From contig JASANG010001107.1 in assembly GCA_030248215.1 (NCBI GenBank), positions 620,001 to 684,000 on the forward strand: a DNA stretch of 64,000 nucleotides, given 5' to 3'. Shown here in pieces: positions 34,401 to 47,894 of this stretch. How positions within the stretch are numbered: position 1 is the first letter of the stretch; each line of letters begins with the position of its first letter. The position numbers and the translations under genes were made by a program. The DNA comes from Enoplolaimus lenunculus. Taxonomy: Eukaryota. Below the pieces are notes generated by a model. It saw nothing but the letters and a program-made list of their open reading frames with translations. It was not told where the DNA came from and made no database searches.

Positions 34401-35724
34401 TGCAAATATTAAAAAATTGCAAATTTTCATGGTTTGTACGGACCGTAGTCAAGGGAACAGGGGTGGTGCTCAGCTCCACCTGGAAAAGTTTTGGTCTCCA
34501 CTATAAAACTTTCAACCTTGCTTGTGAAGTTATCGAAAACCTTTGTTTGTCTTTCCTGAAAATTTTTTAGCACCCTATCAAGCTGAGCTGGCTCGGCCCG
34601 TTATTTTAACTCGTTGTTTTGATGTGAATCGCGATATACCAACCGAAATCTAAATGTGATAACCAGAGGCCATTTACCGCTTGCGCCTAACCGAGGAACC
34701 CATGCAATGAACGACATCCCCATCGAATAATGGAACGTTAAGTCTACTGCTTAAACCTGAGTTTGAAACACCGTTGAGTCATATGGAGTGAGGTCCCGTC
34801 TTGTGCAAGCTCACCACGTTGATCAGTAATTCATTTTTCTTGCAATATACATTCAAATGGGTTTACTCTCGTCCGGCCAACAGCTTGCTTGGCCAACAGA
34901 AATTAGTAAACCTTTGTGGTATTTGCCGAGAGAACGGGTATACACATAAGTTTGACGTGCAAGCAAAAATTTTTTACACCTGTATACAATCCTGCTGGTT
35001 AGTTAAAAAAAGTATAAATTGTTTACAGCATTCGCAACCTTTGATCAAATAATTTAATTTGCGTCAACTTTGACTGTTGGCCGAATGAGATGTGAGCCGA
35101 CTACGACTTTCGTCCGCAATTTTGAGTTCGGCTTAGAATTTGAAAATCAACTTCAGTCGGGATTAGGCAATTTTATGTGGCATATAGTTTAAAGAATCTA
35201 CGATAATTAGCCGCCCTACAGATGTCACCTAGCAGCATCCTGAGCCTAACCCTAAGCCTAAACATAATCCTTAGTCTATACCTAAGCAAGGATAATGATG
35301 GGCAACAAATTGCGGTTTCGATACCGTTTCAGATTACAAGTTGTCGGTCGACAAATTGTCGGGTGACGACCTGTCGTGATAGCGGTTTGATGTAAGTTAA
35401 GCTTGCGTAATTTCTTACATAGCCGCTTTGAGTGAATTCTAAACTTTATGGATAACAAGAGAAAATCCGAATTTGAGACAATGTGATGGAAGTAAGGTAC
35501 AGTTTTGTTTTGTATCAACATTTTGATCCAAAAGACAAGAACATTTCTAACTGGGGCCAAAAACATTTTTTCTGCGAGTGCAATGAGGCTTGAACGCACT
35601 CTGCACATATTGCAGGTTCGTTATAATGCTCAAACGGTACAAAATCAGGCTCTATTATCTAAAATGGTTACTATTTTTTACTTCTTCCCAGCCCAAATTT
35701 TCAACACTAATTTGACTGATTAAC

Positions 35725-35940
35725 CTGTAGTCAAAGAGTGGATTACGCTTGTAAGTTATATAAAATCCCTGTATACCGCTCCTAAATATTTGCCCACCAT
35801 CACACATGTTGAGCTGACACTGAGCCTGAATGATAACATCATTGCGAACCACGACAGCACTAAATCCCCAATCGAAGTAATGACAAGTAGCTGCTCGCGT
35901 TAGCAAAACGTCACCGTTTATCTGCAGTATGGGTCGGTTC
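35725..35940 (-). CDS. Candidate coding exon of an unidentified gene
   Basis: Lies in a 136-aa ORF; TTTCAAAG acceptor and AG|GTTAAT donor bound a 216-bp open exon (NRPILQINGDVLL...GFYITYKRNPLFDY); no consistent downstream partner exon, and the mirror frame is also largely open. Confidence 0.3.
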
Positions 35941-36844
35941 CTTTGAAAGGCTAGTAATTTAGATGAAAAAATTTTCAAATGCAGCTTCAGTATCTGTACT
36001 ATGAGTTGCCTAAAACCGCTACACATGGACGCATAGACAAAGTAAAAAAAACACCTGAATCGCATACGAAAACCTGCAATTAAATCATTTGACGTTTATC
36101 TACCAACCGAATAAATAATGTTTTTTTAAATTGTATCGGTTCGACAGCAGAGAAAAAGATTTATAGCCGCACAACATGTCGCCCTCATTGTATTCTAAAA
36201 TGTGTGTAGAACGTATCGTGAGTTGGCGATAAGTCTTGCACTGTGGTGACCCGAATTAGAGGAGGGTGGTCCCCAATTTGAGTCACAATTAATAAGAGTC
36301 AAGGGCGGTGATATGGAGAAACTAAGGGGGGTGCATGCCCAATTTTTTGAGTCTTAGAATATTCTCCCAGCCAGCGTTTGCGCAAAGATGTTTCGATTTT
36401 TAAATTTTTTCATATTTGAGCTTCTTGTATTACCATCCTCTGGTCATTCCATTCCCAAATTTGAATTTTTGAACAGTGTTAACATCCTCTGGTCATTCCT
36501 TTCCCAAATTTGATTTTTTGAACAGTGTCATTTTTAAGGTCTCAAGGTCCCCATGCAGCTTCTGAAGCTGAGTCCAACTGTGTCAAATTTTCTGCAATCG
36601 AACGTCTGCCTAACAAGTTATGGTTAAATAACTGCTTTTGTAAAAATATACTTATTTTCCCCAAAACTCAACGTTTTTTACTATTTATTCTTTACCGCAA
36701 CAAACGCGACAAATATTGTATATAACAAACAAAAAATGTCCTGCTTGATAGGGCGGGTAAGCTAAGTGTGAATTCAAAATTTCTCCTTCTAGGTATCAAA
36801 ACTGACCTTTGGTGTGGCCAACTGAAAGTGAAGTTGCCAGTAAT

Positions 36845-36956
36845 ATGCTTAAACTGACGGTGATAACTGTAGTCGTACTCTTGGTGCAGTGTGAAGCAAG
36901 TTGGCGTTGGGCTGAGTTACCGAAGCAGAAATACTGTCTATCTACTAGCGATAAAG
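36845..36956 (+). CDS. Candidate first exon of a small secreted protein
   Basis: MLKLTVITVVVLLVQCEA-SWRW... reads as a signal peptide; acceptor-like TTCTCCTTCTAG about 50 nt upstream; the 3' boundary is uncertain (GC donor, or read-through to the stop at 37039). Confidence 0.3.
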
Positions 36957-37463
36957 GCACGAACACCAACTTGTCTGTTTTTCTCAATTTAGTATTCAAA
37001 CCCGTTCATGCAAAATTAACCAACAATGCAGATTTTTAACAGATTTATAAAACAGAAGCTGCAAAAATGAAAACCAAGTTTCAACTGTCGATGCTTCAAA
37101 TTTTTATCTTGAAAGCTTTGTTTAATAATCATTCAGGTGCAAAAATTCTAATTAAAGAATTTGTAGCAATAATTTCACTAAAAACATTTTGGCGTATTTA
37201 TAGCACATGTCTTTGAACTATACGGCTAGCGAATATAGAAATCACCGCCCGAGATCGGTGATAATAAAAAGTAGTAAAGTAAGTGAAAATGTTTCAAGGC
37301 CTATACGAAATTTATCTGTTGTTTTAAAAAACAAAATGAACCGATTGAAAAATTTGTAAAATATTGTGAATATGGTTTTAACATGGCCAGGATCACGTCT
37401 CTTATAAAAGAAGTCAAACTTTAGTGGGTCAGATTTTACAATCGGTTTTCCTTTATATATTAA

Positions 37464-37726
37464 CCCTTTCACTCATAGAGCATACTATGAGCAACTAAAA
37501 TAGTTATAATGTACGAGCAATACACACACTGTGAGCAGTGGTTAACATTTATAACATATGCACAGTGTAAAATCTCCACAAGACGTGAGCGCCTACTCGG
37601 GCTCGAGCGTCAAGCTCCTATACCTCAGTGGTCATCGTAAACGCCTTCCACCCGTGAGACTAAGGTTCGAATCTTACCTTGAAAATACATCTCATATGAA
37701 ATTGAAAATATTCATGTGAGAAAGTG
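37464..37726 (+). mobile_element. piggyBac-type non-autonomous element with tRNA-like cassette (copy 4)
   Basis: TTAA at 37460-37463 and 37727-37730; CCCTTTC...GTGAGAAAGTG; GCTCCTATACCTCAGTGGT...CGCCTTCCAC...GAGAC-TAAGGTTCGAATCTTA. Confidence 0.75.
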
Positions 37727-38814
37727 TTAATCCAATAAAATTTCTGTCGGGTTTTCGCGTAGCTACGTTAAATATAAATTTTTTGCCGAAATGAAGCAAA
37801 AAAAAACAAAAATTGGACCATATATCTTTGATCTGAAGAAAATGAACCACAATTTTTAGCCGTGAATTATTCAGAATATATAACGCTATTTCTACTTTTG
37901 ATCATTTGGTGTGTTAAAAACAGCCTCCTGTTTTGCATGTTTTAAGAAGGATGCAATTCACATAAACAATGATTCTTTATTGGAAGTGATCAGAAAAACA
38001 GTGCCGGAACAGACAAGAGTGGGTGCTGCACCAAACTCTAGTGTGAGCGCCATCTCCCCACACTTCAGGATGGCGAACCCTAAAGTCAAGGTGGATCCAA
38101 AATCTATCGGTGTTTGATCTGAGGTTGTTCAAGCTCACCGTCGTGTTGGATAGCTGTAAGGACATGACGCCTCCAAAAACAGTTTGGCTCAAAAGTTGCA
38201 AAATGGTGGATCTAAAAAGTAAACCCATTTTAAAACGGGTTTACACTTCGCGCGAGCGCGAATTTTTTTTGCCATTTTCTGCTAAAGTAGCTGAACAGCT
38301 CATATTTTAGGTAAAAGCTTATACAATCTTCATATGCTCCAACCACGGGAGACAGCACACGGCACGCCTTCTTGAATGTTTCATTTCGGGTAAGTTATAT
38401 TATCTTAAGTAAAATTGTAGGCCAGTGAGTGTAGCAAGCGACAAAATTTGTTAACATTAAAGAAACCTGGTGATTATTTTAAGGTCCGTGTAGTGTATGA
38501 TGCCATTAAAAGAATCACGGCAAAATAAAATAGTGTGAAAAATCGCGATCGAAGCGAGCGTAAAAGCCTGACGCATTTCTAAACTTCGCAGTTTTTATTT
38601 CAGCCGATTAGGGGGTCCCTTTATGGTAGGGTCTTCCAATTGGAGTTTATAGGGAATGGCTCCTTCCGCCCTGTGAACAAAGGAGCAAAACATGATGCAT
38701 CTTATCTAAGGCGCAATAAATGCTAGGGTCACTCTGAACTTAACAAACTGTCACGTTTGAAAAACCTATTTTATATACTGCAAACGAGCTAACTTAAGTT
38801 ATCTGCATTCTAAG

Positions 38815-38986
38815 GTTCGTGCCCTTGTTTGGCAACGATGTTGGCTGAGGTGTACTACAAGGAGAGATATAGATGGTATATATCCCCTCCCGAAATTTCT
38901 GCAGACAAGAGAAAAGCAGTTTTAACAGCCTTTGTAAATCAGAGATGCGCGCGACCAAACGAATATCCGCGGTTGAACGCGGCAGG
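38815..38986 (+). CDS. Candidate internal exon (SCPCLATMLAEVYYKERYRW...EYPRLNAA)
   Basis: TTCTAAG acceptor, GG|GTAAGA donor, 172 bp open; phase-compatible with the 36845-36956 candidate. Confidence 0.3.
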
Positions 38987-41375
38987 GTAAGAAATTTTTG
39001 ATGTGGGTATTGACGCGAGTAAAGGTTTTCAAAGCTTGGGAAAAAATTGCGATTCTTTACCCACATAGAATTTGAGTAGCAAACGACAAACGATGTTTTC
39101 TATTGCTTCCAAATTTCTAGGAATTCTCCGCCGCAGTATAATCCAGGCTCATAGAACCTCTTAAATTCTTCGAAACCACCGATGTAACATTGGAATAATT
39201 TTGAAGTTTTACTTGTGAAAATTGTTAAATAGGAACTTAAACACTAACTTTTGACAACACTGCGGAAATTTTTATAAATTCACACAATTTTTAAGGTATC
39301 AAAAACTCGCTGATCTTAGACTGTGATGTGTTTCTCACCTGGTTGCACCCTGCCAGTTACTATAGACGTTTTGGTGACGTAAACAGAGGTCGAGCGACAA
39401 TACCCTGAATTAGACAAATTTTTTTCTGAACTCAAACGAAGGAGTAACAGTGAGTCGCAGATAAAGAAATTTTGCTCTTACATGTTGATGGAAGATGTAC
39501 AAGTGCCAGACAATTTGTCACACCATATGATAATACAAACAGTTTAAAGGTATCCAACGCAGGGTCGGATCCAGCATTCCTGGGTGTTTTACCGAGAGTT
39601 TAGCCGAGTCCGCCCTCGTAAGTAGCTGTGAGGATATTGTTTAGTAAATAACGATTTCAGCAAAACTTGTCAAAGACTAGAAACTACTAGTACCCTTAAG
39701 TGGAGTGAATGAACCTGGCTGCTTGTGTTCTGCTTTTTAATATCATTCAATATTCATACGTGAGTTTTCTCCAAACCAAGTTCCGTTACAGATACACACC
39801 GAACGAAAATATATATCGTCCATGGGGATTAAGCATCGCTTATCGATTATAGAAAAAACTAATATAGTTTCATTTTATTTCTACGAAAAAACGTCTGTAA
39901 ACTCAACATAACAAATCTCTGCCCAACTACGCTAAAATGATACACACATATGCGGTAAATTTCGCAAACGGCTGTATATCTATGTAGAAACATCCCTCCC
40001 TTATTGTGATCAAATAAAGTGCCCAGTACAATCACTGGCGGATACACAGGGTATCGCTCAGGCCATACACTCACCGAGCAGGTATCAACACCGAAATTAC
40101 TAATTAAGATTTAGTGCTAAAGTTGCTTTTAAGTTTTAGATCACATTGGTTGTGAGCTTTCTATCACGGTTATATATTGTGATCCACCGGTCAGAAATTT
40201 CTACAACTGCCACTGAGTACAGTTGATATATATTTATACATATATGTACAACCACAGCGGGTCGATAATACTATCGTGATCAAAGACACTAAATCGACGA
40301 TGAAACTAAGAATTACAAATTAGACTCTTGAATGTTAAAAATACAATTTGAGAACAAGTCATAAACACCATAAAATGAGGAAAAGAACGACAATGTTCAT
40401 GAAATGCGCAACGATGGTTGTTAATACTTTACTACTCTATACTTTTGTTGAGTGCAGTGAAAAAAAACAAACACATGCTTACAATAAGCGATTGGCGGCA
40501 TCGAAAGCACACAGTTTGGGTAAAATTGGTCAAGTTATTGGTTCAATGGTCAAACGTTTTAACGGTTTTGGGGTGACAAAAATCACAAAACGACTTGCGA
40601 CATGTGCGTAGCCAACGGTAGGATGAAGGTTTAGACAACTTACAATGTGGGAACCAAGAAACGTGTTGGGATTCTTGCAGAAGGATGTTGAAATAACGTA
40701 TGTGCCATCGCGCTAACTGGTTACACGTCTGTTTTGCAAGTTTTGGCATACAAGTAACAAGCGTGTATCGATGCTAAAAAGCGTTTTGACAAGCGTTATA
40801 TCTTCTGAATCCTAGATATCAGCAAATTTTTTTAGATGAGGTTTTGACCCTTGACGTCAAATATAGGCTACACCGCTGTGGCACACAACTAACAGGTACA
40901 GCGTAGTTATGATACCTTCAACCCACGCCAGACACGCAGACATCCGTAGCCCAGGTGGAACTGGGTGGGCTTAGCCAACCTGAAACAATTTTCGACTTTG
41001 CTTGTAAGTCACTGAAAACCGATGTATGCCCCGCCTGAAATTTTTTTCAGCTCCGATAGCAACATCAGATGGCTTGTTGGCCTGCAGGCACGATCTGCTC
41101 CTCATGAGCATAATAAGCATAGACTTAAAATGAACAATACATGATACTTTAAATTCGATTGGCAATATATGTTTGTCATTTATTATAATAAACGCCATCT
41201 TTAAAAGCAATCTCTGGTTCAAATAAACGACACATACAAAACAGTATAAACTTTTTAAAAAAAGTAGTCTATCACAGAAGCAACGACGTGGTCCACCAGG
41301 CGCTTAATAGAGAACAGTTGTGTTTTCCGGTTGACTTTTTGGTCGCATTTTTGTGCATTTTTGTTGCTGTACATG

Positions 41376-41675
41376 CACAGCCGGACCCAGACAGGAAGCT
41401 GAGGGGGAGGCCGTACACCTCATTCGTCAAAAATTTTGATTGTGATAAAATGGTAAGGTCCCTTATCTTACAATAATTATTTCTTCTCAGAAAATTATTT
41501 TGTAAAAAAATACAATTTTTCCTAACAATTTATTTGCGATATTATGGTAAGGTCATATAATTTTTCTCTCTCAGTTATTTTTTTATCATAAATTGATAAG
41601 GTCGCCTACCTTACAATTTTTGTGTTTCATAACATTTGGCAGCCCCCCCTGTCAGAAATTTTTGATCCGCCTCTG
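41376..41675. mobile_element. MITE family D
   Basis: CACAGCCGGACCCAG...TTGATCCGCCTCTG; flanks TGTACATG / TGCACATA; internal duplicated GGTAAGGTC...CTTACAAT units. Confidence 0.6.
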
Positions 41676-44600
41676 TGCACATACAACGACATTTTACACG
41701 CTACCGATAGGGTTGCAGCAGCTGATCCAAAAACTTGGGTGACACATACGCAGGAGAGCGATATCCGATCGTATTTTGCAAAAAAATTGCAAGCGAAGCG
41801 ATCGAGAAGCAAAGTGCAATTTTAAAAACATGGCATCCTGTGTTATAGAAACTTTTCTAAATTCGAAAACGAGAGAAACAGGGTCCCCTGTTCCCTTTGG
41901 CTGCCGTGCCACTAGCGAACGACACACATAAGACATGATGGTTAAAGTTTTATCAAGCATTCCGCTTCTCCGGCAAACGTAGGGCTCGCACCAACTTCGG
42001 GAAAAAACTCGGATGATCAGAAAAAAAAGAAATGACTATGTTTCTCTGGCTCATCTGAAGGACAGAGAGCATATATATCTCCTCCGTCCTGAAACTTCTG
42101 AACAATCATGGAAATACACTTGAAATAACAACATTCGAGATCCTAGCGTGGAAACAAAATTGTTTATATAAGACTGCACCCTGTCGAACTGAAATTCTGG
42201 CTACGCCACTGTGCATCATCATTTTAGACGACTGCAACTAGATTTATATTGCGGACAACATCGCGTTTTAGTGCACTATGCGTCTATTTGTACCGAGTAA
42301 ACATACAGTTTTTACGATATGATCTATAAAACCGTTCGCCGGCAACCGCTGTATGTGGAGGGGTTTATGAAACAAATTACCATAAAAAAACTCTCATGGT
42401 TGTCCTACACAACGACGAACCTTATTTTGGATTATACTCGATTTTAAAGACAATTAGTTACATTGCTAGCAAATATGATGAGGGTCAGTTTAAATGCTTT
42501 AGCCGTCATAGTTCAAAGGGTCGCGAAACTGTTCATTATGGGCTTAAAGTGTGTATTTTGATAATGAATGACTAAGTTACCTGAGGTCTGGTTAGTCGTA
42601 GATCTAAAAATTTCTGACAGGTGACACTCAATATGCAAAATTTACATCAGAGTGGGATGTGTGTAAGGCTTTTCAACCAACCCGCGCATTACTGAGGCAA
42701 ATAACAATTTTTTACTTGCGGGTTTACCCACGCTGAAAAGATCTACCCCCGACCCACCTTTTAACCACGCCTGAAGTTAAAATCGTATTTAAAAATTGCA
42801 AATCATTTGCACTTTAATGAAGTTTTGCGTTAGGGTTCTAATGAATTTACGCATGAAAGCTTACTAGAAACAACACAATTTCAACCCTAACTACATAAAG
42901 CACAGAACTTTTGCTCCTTCAACACTCACTGACTTGCTAATAGTTAATAGTGTATGTTTTGCACCTTACTCTTAAATGTTTGGCGCAGATAAAAACTGTC
43001 AATTTGCTACCCGCGTAACACAAATCTTTACCCACTGGTATACTCGCAACTGCAATTTTTTACCCGACCCGTGTTTATCGGCGGATAAAGTCCCACCCGC
43101 CGCTAAAGTTCCATGGCTTTTATAAATTTACTGATGTTAGTCAATGTACAACGATAAAACAATAAAATTAATGCGGTTTTTTTTAAGTATGAACCGATCT
43201 TTGGGCATCTGGATGTAGTTACAAATTTCAAGAAGAGTCACAAACTCTTAAATGAAACCAGATTGGGGAGATTTGGCTACCATGCAACGAGCCGATGGTA
43301 TATGGTTGTGACAAATCTTGTAGTGTATGTTGGAAAAAAGTTTTTAGTTACTGTCTACAACTGTTTCTCGCATGCATTGTATGAGCCGCTAATTACAAAC
43401 TGTGAATGTGAAAATACAAAATTGACAGTGTTTAAAAATCATTAAATCTCCATCATATTTTGCACAAGACATGGGAGTCCCGTCGGGCACAAGCGAGATG
43501 CCCGTATAGCTGTCAGTGGTGACGGTAAACGCTTTTGACCGCCGAAACCAGGCCTCAAATAATAACTCCGAGAACCTGAACCAGGAATATTAACTTGAAA
43601 CTAGGTGTCGGATAAAATAGGAAATATTCATACAGGAATTGGTTATAATCGAAACGTTAACATTTTCAAAAAATTTGGCACACCTATACTGCAGCCTATG
43701 GTAGCAATTATGTATCGTTAACTTTTCAATTTTGAAACGCTATTGTTCATTGATTTTACCAGCAGATCGGACAATACAGGAGCTGAAGTCTGTTCAAGAG
43801 CTTGGAGCATTTATTAAACAGTAATTGCTAACAAAGGCAATAAAGGGTTCGGTGTATTTCAAAATCTAAGTAATAATCTTATAGGCTGTGTGGTGAAACG
43901 ATAGTTTTGAAGAGATTAATAGTTTTGGTATTTTTAACACTTCAAAGTTTTTTGTCTATCGATGATTTGAATAATTCATGCTTCAAAATAGGTATTGTCG
44001 GTTTTAGATTGTAGTCTGGTTTCTAAATTTGCCTCTTTTGTTCGTCAAACCGAATTTTAGGGTGGTGTCTCGGATGGTGGTATATAGAAAATACGCTCAA
44101 TTCCCGGAACAAACGCCCAAAATTATAGTGAATGGATTTTCGTTCCGGCCCGTAGCCAGCACAACTTGCTATGTGGGGCTAAACAATTTTTTATGACGGG
44201 TATACAAGGGTTTTCTAATGACTTATAAGCACCTTTAGCGCTTCCTTGGCTACGAGATCGCTAATTGTCTTTGGTTATTTTAGACCACAACATCCGAAAT
44301 AGATCATAAGTTATTGTCACATATATGCTACGAGCAATTCAGCTCAAACTGCGTACAATACGCTAGAAAACGGGGTATAAAACGTAGCTTAAAATTTTTT
44401 TGTTCTCAGATAAAAAATCGTATGGCACTGGATTAACGAAAACAATTTTCAGTTATTGTATGTTTATAGAACCTTTCCACGTTGTGTTATACCTGGTATG
44501 CTCGCGAATGGGTCATCCACGTTATAATGCGCTCGCTAAGTTTAAAATTTGTCCAACCACCCGGTAGGGATATGTGTACAAATTGAACGTGCATCTAGCG

Positions 44601-45429
44601 TGTAGGTACAATTTTATGCGGTACGTAGACACTATTAATTGTCCCGACACTGTCCGAAGGGAGTCGGGACAAAAGATAAAAAATTAAGCATTATAAATAA
44701 GTGTATATGTGTGTTTGTGCTGTTGTTATGTATGTCTGCGATGCTATATGAACACAGTGCAATATGTCTTTACGTCCTCGTTAGAGATTACCGGACATTA
44801 TAGTGGTCTCGTAATAGAGTGTGTTAAAACGACGTCGGGTCTTACTAAGACCCAGACATTTTTTTGCAGTAGCGCGTGCAGTATAACGTGGATGTTCCAG
44901 AAATAACACACAATGCACACATTTATACATAAGGATTGTGAGCTGTTCTCTTCCGACAGTCCGAATATAAAACGCCAGCTTGAATTTTACATCGATCGTG
45001 AAGCAATAGAAAACAGTCATACGAGAAATCATCCATAAATATGCTGTGTAACTTAGTGCAAATTGTGTACACAAAATAAAATATAAATACTTGTTCAAAT
45101 CTTGGGTTGAAAGTGTCTGAAATAAAATAGAAGATATTCAAGCGGAGAAATGTTAATGGAAAATTTTTTCAATTAGTGTCCATCCATATCCTTTTTCGCC
45201 AGCGCAATTGCAAAACTTCCATGCCTCTAGAGAGTATATATCATTGTGTCGAAGGTCAAGCCCTTATAGCCAAGTGGTGATGGTACCAACTCCCATTTAA
45301 GAGTTCAGAGTTTTAAAATTCTGACAGTAAATTAGATCTCAGAGACATACATATATGTTTATATATAACTACATATACATATTTAGTAATAAATTTGTGT
45401 ACTTAAACGCAATTCCAAGTTTTCATTAA

Positions 45430-45707
45430 GCCATGTTCACACGTGCAAGTTTTGCAGCAAAACCTCCACGTGCAACTTGCACGCGCACAGCTTTGAAGTT
45501 CTTGCAGCTGCGAATTATTCACTGGAATTCAAGCTATTTACTTTAATTCGCACCTGTGAACGCAGTTGCAAGTCGCTTGAATTTCTTGCACCTGCCGTTT
45601 GATTGGTCAATCTGAATGTTCCTTTGAAAATACTTGCAGCTCCAAGTATTTCGTGCAAGTCGAAGCTGCGAGTTCTCCCTGCAAAAACTTGCACGTGTGA
45701 ATGGGGC
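45430..45707. mobile_element. TTAA-flanked MITE with TGCAAG/CTTGCA internal motifs (termini resemble PIF/Harbinger elements)
   Basis: TTAA-GCCATGTTCACACGTGCAAGTTTT...AAAACTTGCACGTGTGAATGGGGC-TTAA. Confidence 0.75.
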
Positions 45708-47894
45708 TTAACACATGGAGTACCATCGTGGTCGAAGTTCAAGCCGTTATTTTGGACAGACACGTCTCTCATGTGAGAGTTCCATGTGTAAGTTCAAGCA
45801 AAACACAAGTGGACAGGACAAAAGCAATTGGTTTATGTTTGCTTTTAATAACTGGAAAGCAGCTTGTTCTCTGCCAAACTATAAGTGCCTGCCTATTAAG
45901 CGTAAGCGCGCAGCTAAAATGAACTTAAACCTAAATCTAAACGAAGCCTAATCCAATCCTCCGGTTCCCCATTGGGAAGGCTCCTATAATTAGCACGGGT
46001 CTCATGTTGTTTGCACTAAATCTCTCCATGCATTTATAACCGAACAAAATATCATCATATCATTACCCATTCCACTCAGATGAAGTTATCCAGCGTTGCT
46101 AAATGGCACAGCAATGTCCAATGGCGACAAAAACGAATTTCTTTAGTCGAAAAATAATAATTATTCAACATTCGATGACGCTCTCGTATGTTTTGTTTAA
46201 TTTTAAATTGCCAACCGTATTGTCTCGTATTTTCTGCCATGGTTGCAGTTTGGACTCGCGGCAAAAGCAAAAAAACGCAACAGCACTGCTGGATCTGAGC
46301 AGAGGGGCCGCATTAGTTTCGGCCCTTCACCATGGATTGAAACCAAAATGTTTGCATCAATGGTTTCCGCTAAAATTACGCAGACTTTTTAACGCTTCGC
46401 TTATGACTTTTTTCGCCTTCTTTTATTGCTGCTGATACCCTCGTCCAAAATTTCTGGATCCGCCGGTGGCCGTAGGCACAGTAAAGTTGATTATTGAGTT
46501 TAAATCGTGTATTGTCGGCACTGTCGAAATATTGTTATGTTTAAAGATGTCGACTTCAAATGACAACTTGATACAAATTGTAAATATACTAACACTGGAT
46601 TTAAATGAAACACAGGGTGCAACCGGAGGTCTGCCGCCGACTCCGGCAGAAATGCGACCTCCGACTACGGTAGCATTTTTGCCGGAGATTGCGGCAACTT
46701 CGGTAGTGACATTTTGCAGTTTTACAAAATTTATATTTAGGCTCGTTTCATGCATAATTAAAAGTTAAGAATAGGCTTGTCGCGCCGTATTCTACATTCA
46801 CTGTCGGTAATTTTTCTGCATTTGTTAAAGTAAATAAACAACAATGGTAAAGTTTACACTTTTATATATCAAAAACACTAAAAACATTAATGAAATCTAT
46901 ATGGAGTTGTAACAGATTCAAAACATTAACAGCAATAAAACGTCATTTTCAACGCCTGTTGTCAAAACAGGAGCAGTAGGAAATCAAATTTCAAACTTGT
47001 GTCAATTTAACCGTGCCCACAAGTTTATAAAATCGAGTTGAAAATTGATAAGTTCAGATAAAATCAGTTTACCACTACAGATATTAAACGTGTCAGGTAT
47101 TTTGTTTTTCGCATGCTGGGTGCAACTTAAAATGGATGGACAAGTTTTGATTTTGACAAACGCATACCGGTTGCATTTTTGCTGGTAAACGTGTTTTCAA
47201 ATATTTTTTAATCATAATTTCTGATTTATAAAACTTATAATTCTGATCCAAAAATTAGAAATTCAAAGTATGTAATCACCGCTTTTAAATTGAAATGGTT
47301 GGAAAATACGTTTTACCACAAAATGTTTAACTGAAAATGCAAAACTAACAGGACTAGGCTTGCAACACTTCTGGTCGCAAGTATAAGGGTAGTTATGGGG
47401 GTTATAACTACTTATAAGCTTTGCGGGTCACAATTAATTCGTAGCGAAAAAAGTAGGTAGTTGTCAAGTTGTGCGTCCTCATACAACTCGTTTACAATTG
47501 TACCGAATATAATCGACAATGCAGAAACGTTCTGCGTTTCGTGGTTTATTGGAAAAATAATTGTAAAAAGTAATTTAATTGCGTGAAAATCAATAAACCA
47601 AAATTTTTCAGCTAATTAGAGCATAGATGCGATGTGGTCAGAAGCGTATACACAAGAAATTTAGATTGGCTGTTCGTGATTGACTATTTTCCAACACTTA
47701 CTTGCACAGTAATTATTTCCCTTCATCAAATTTGCAAACTATTAAGTATACAAGGTTTATATGGGGCGAAGGATTAGAGAGTCGTAATTTGATTGGCTAA
47801 TGAAAACATCAGAAATAAAAAGAGTATTATACACGTAACTTATTTTATTAAACATTACGGCACACGCTCGCACAGTTTAGTTTGTATACAATAT

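Noticed and set aside
36433..36527. Short direct duplications (also about 10530-10586 and 59525-59601) as CRISPR-like repeats
   Set aside because: Only two adjacent units, no unique spacers, eukaryotic context; ordinary tandem duplications.
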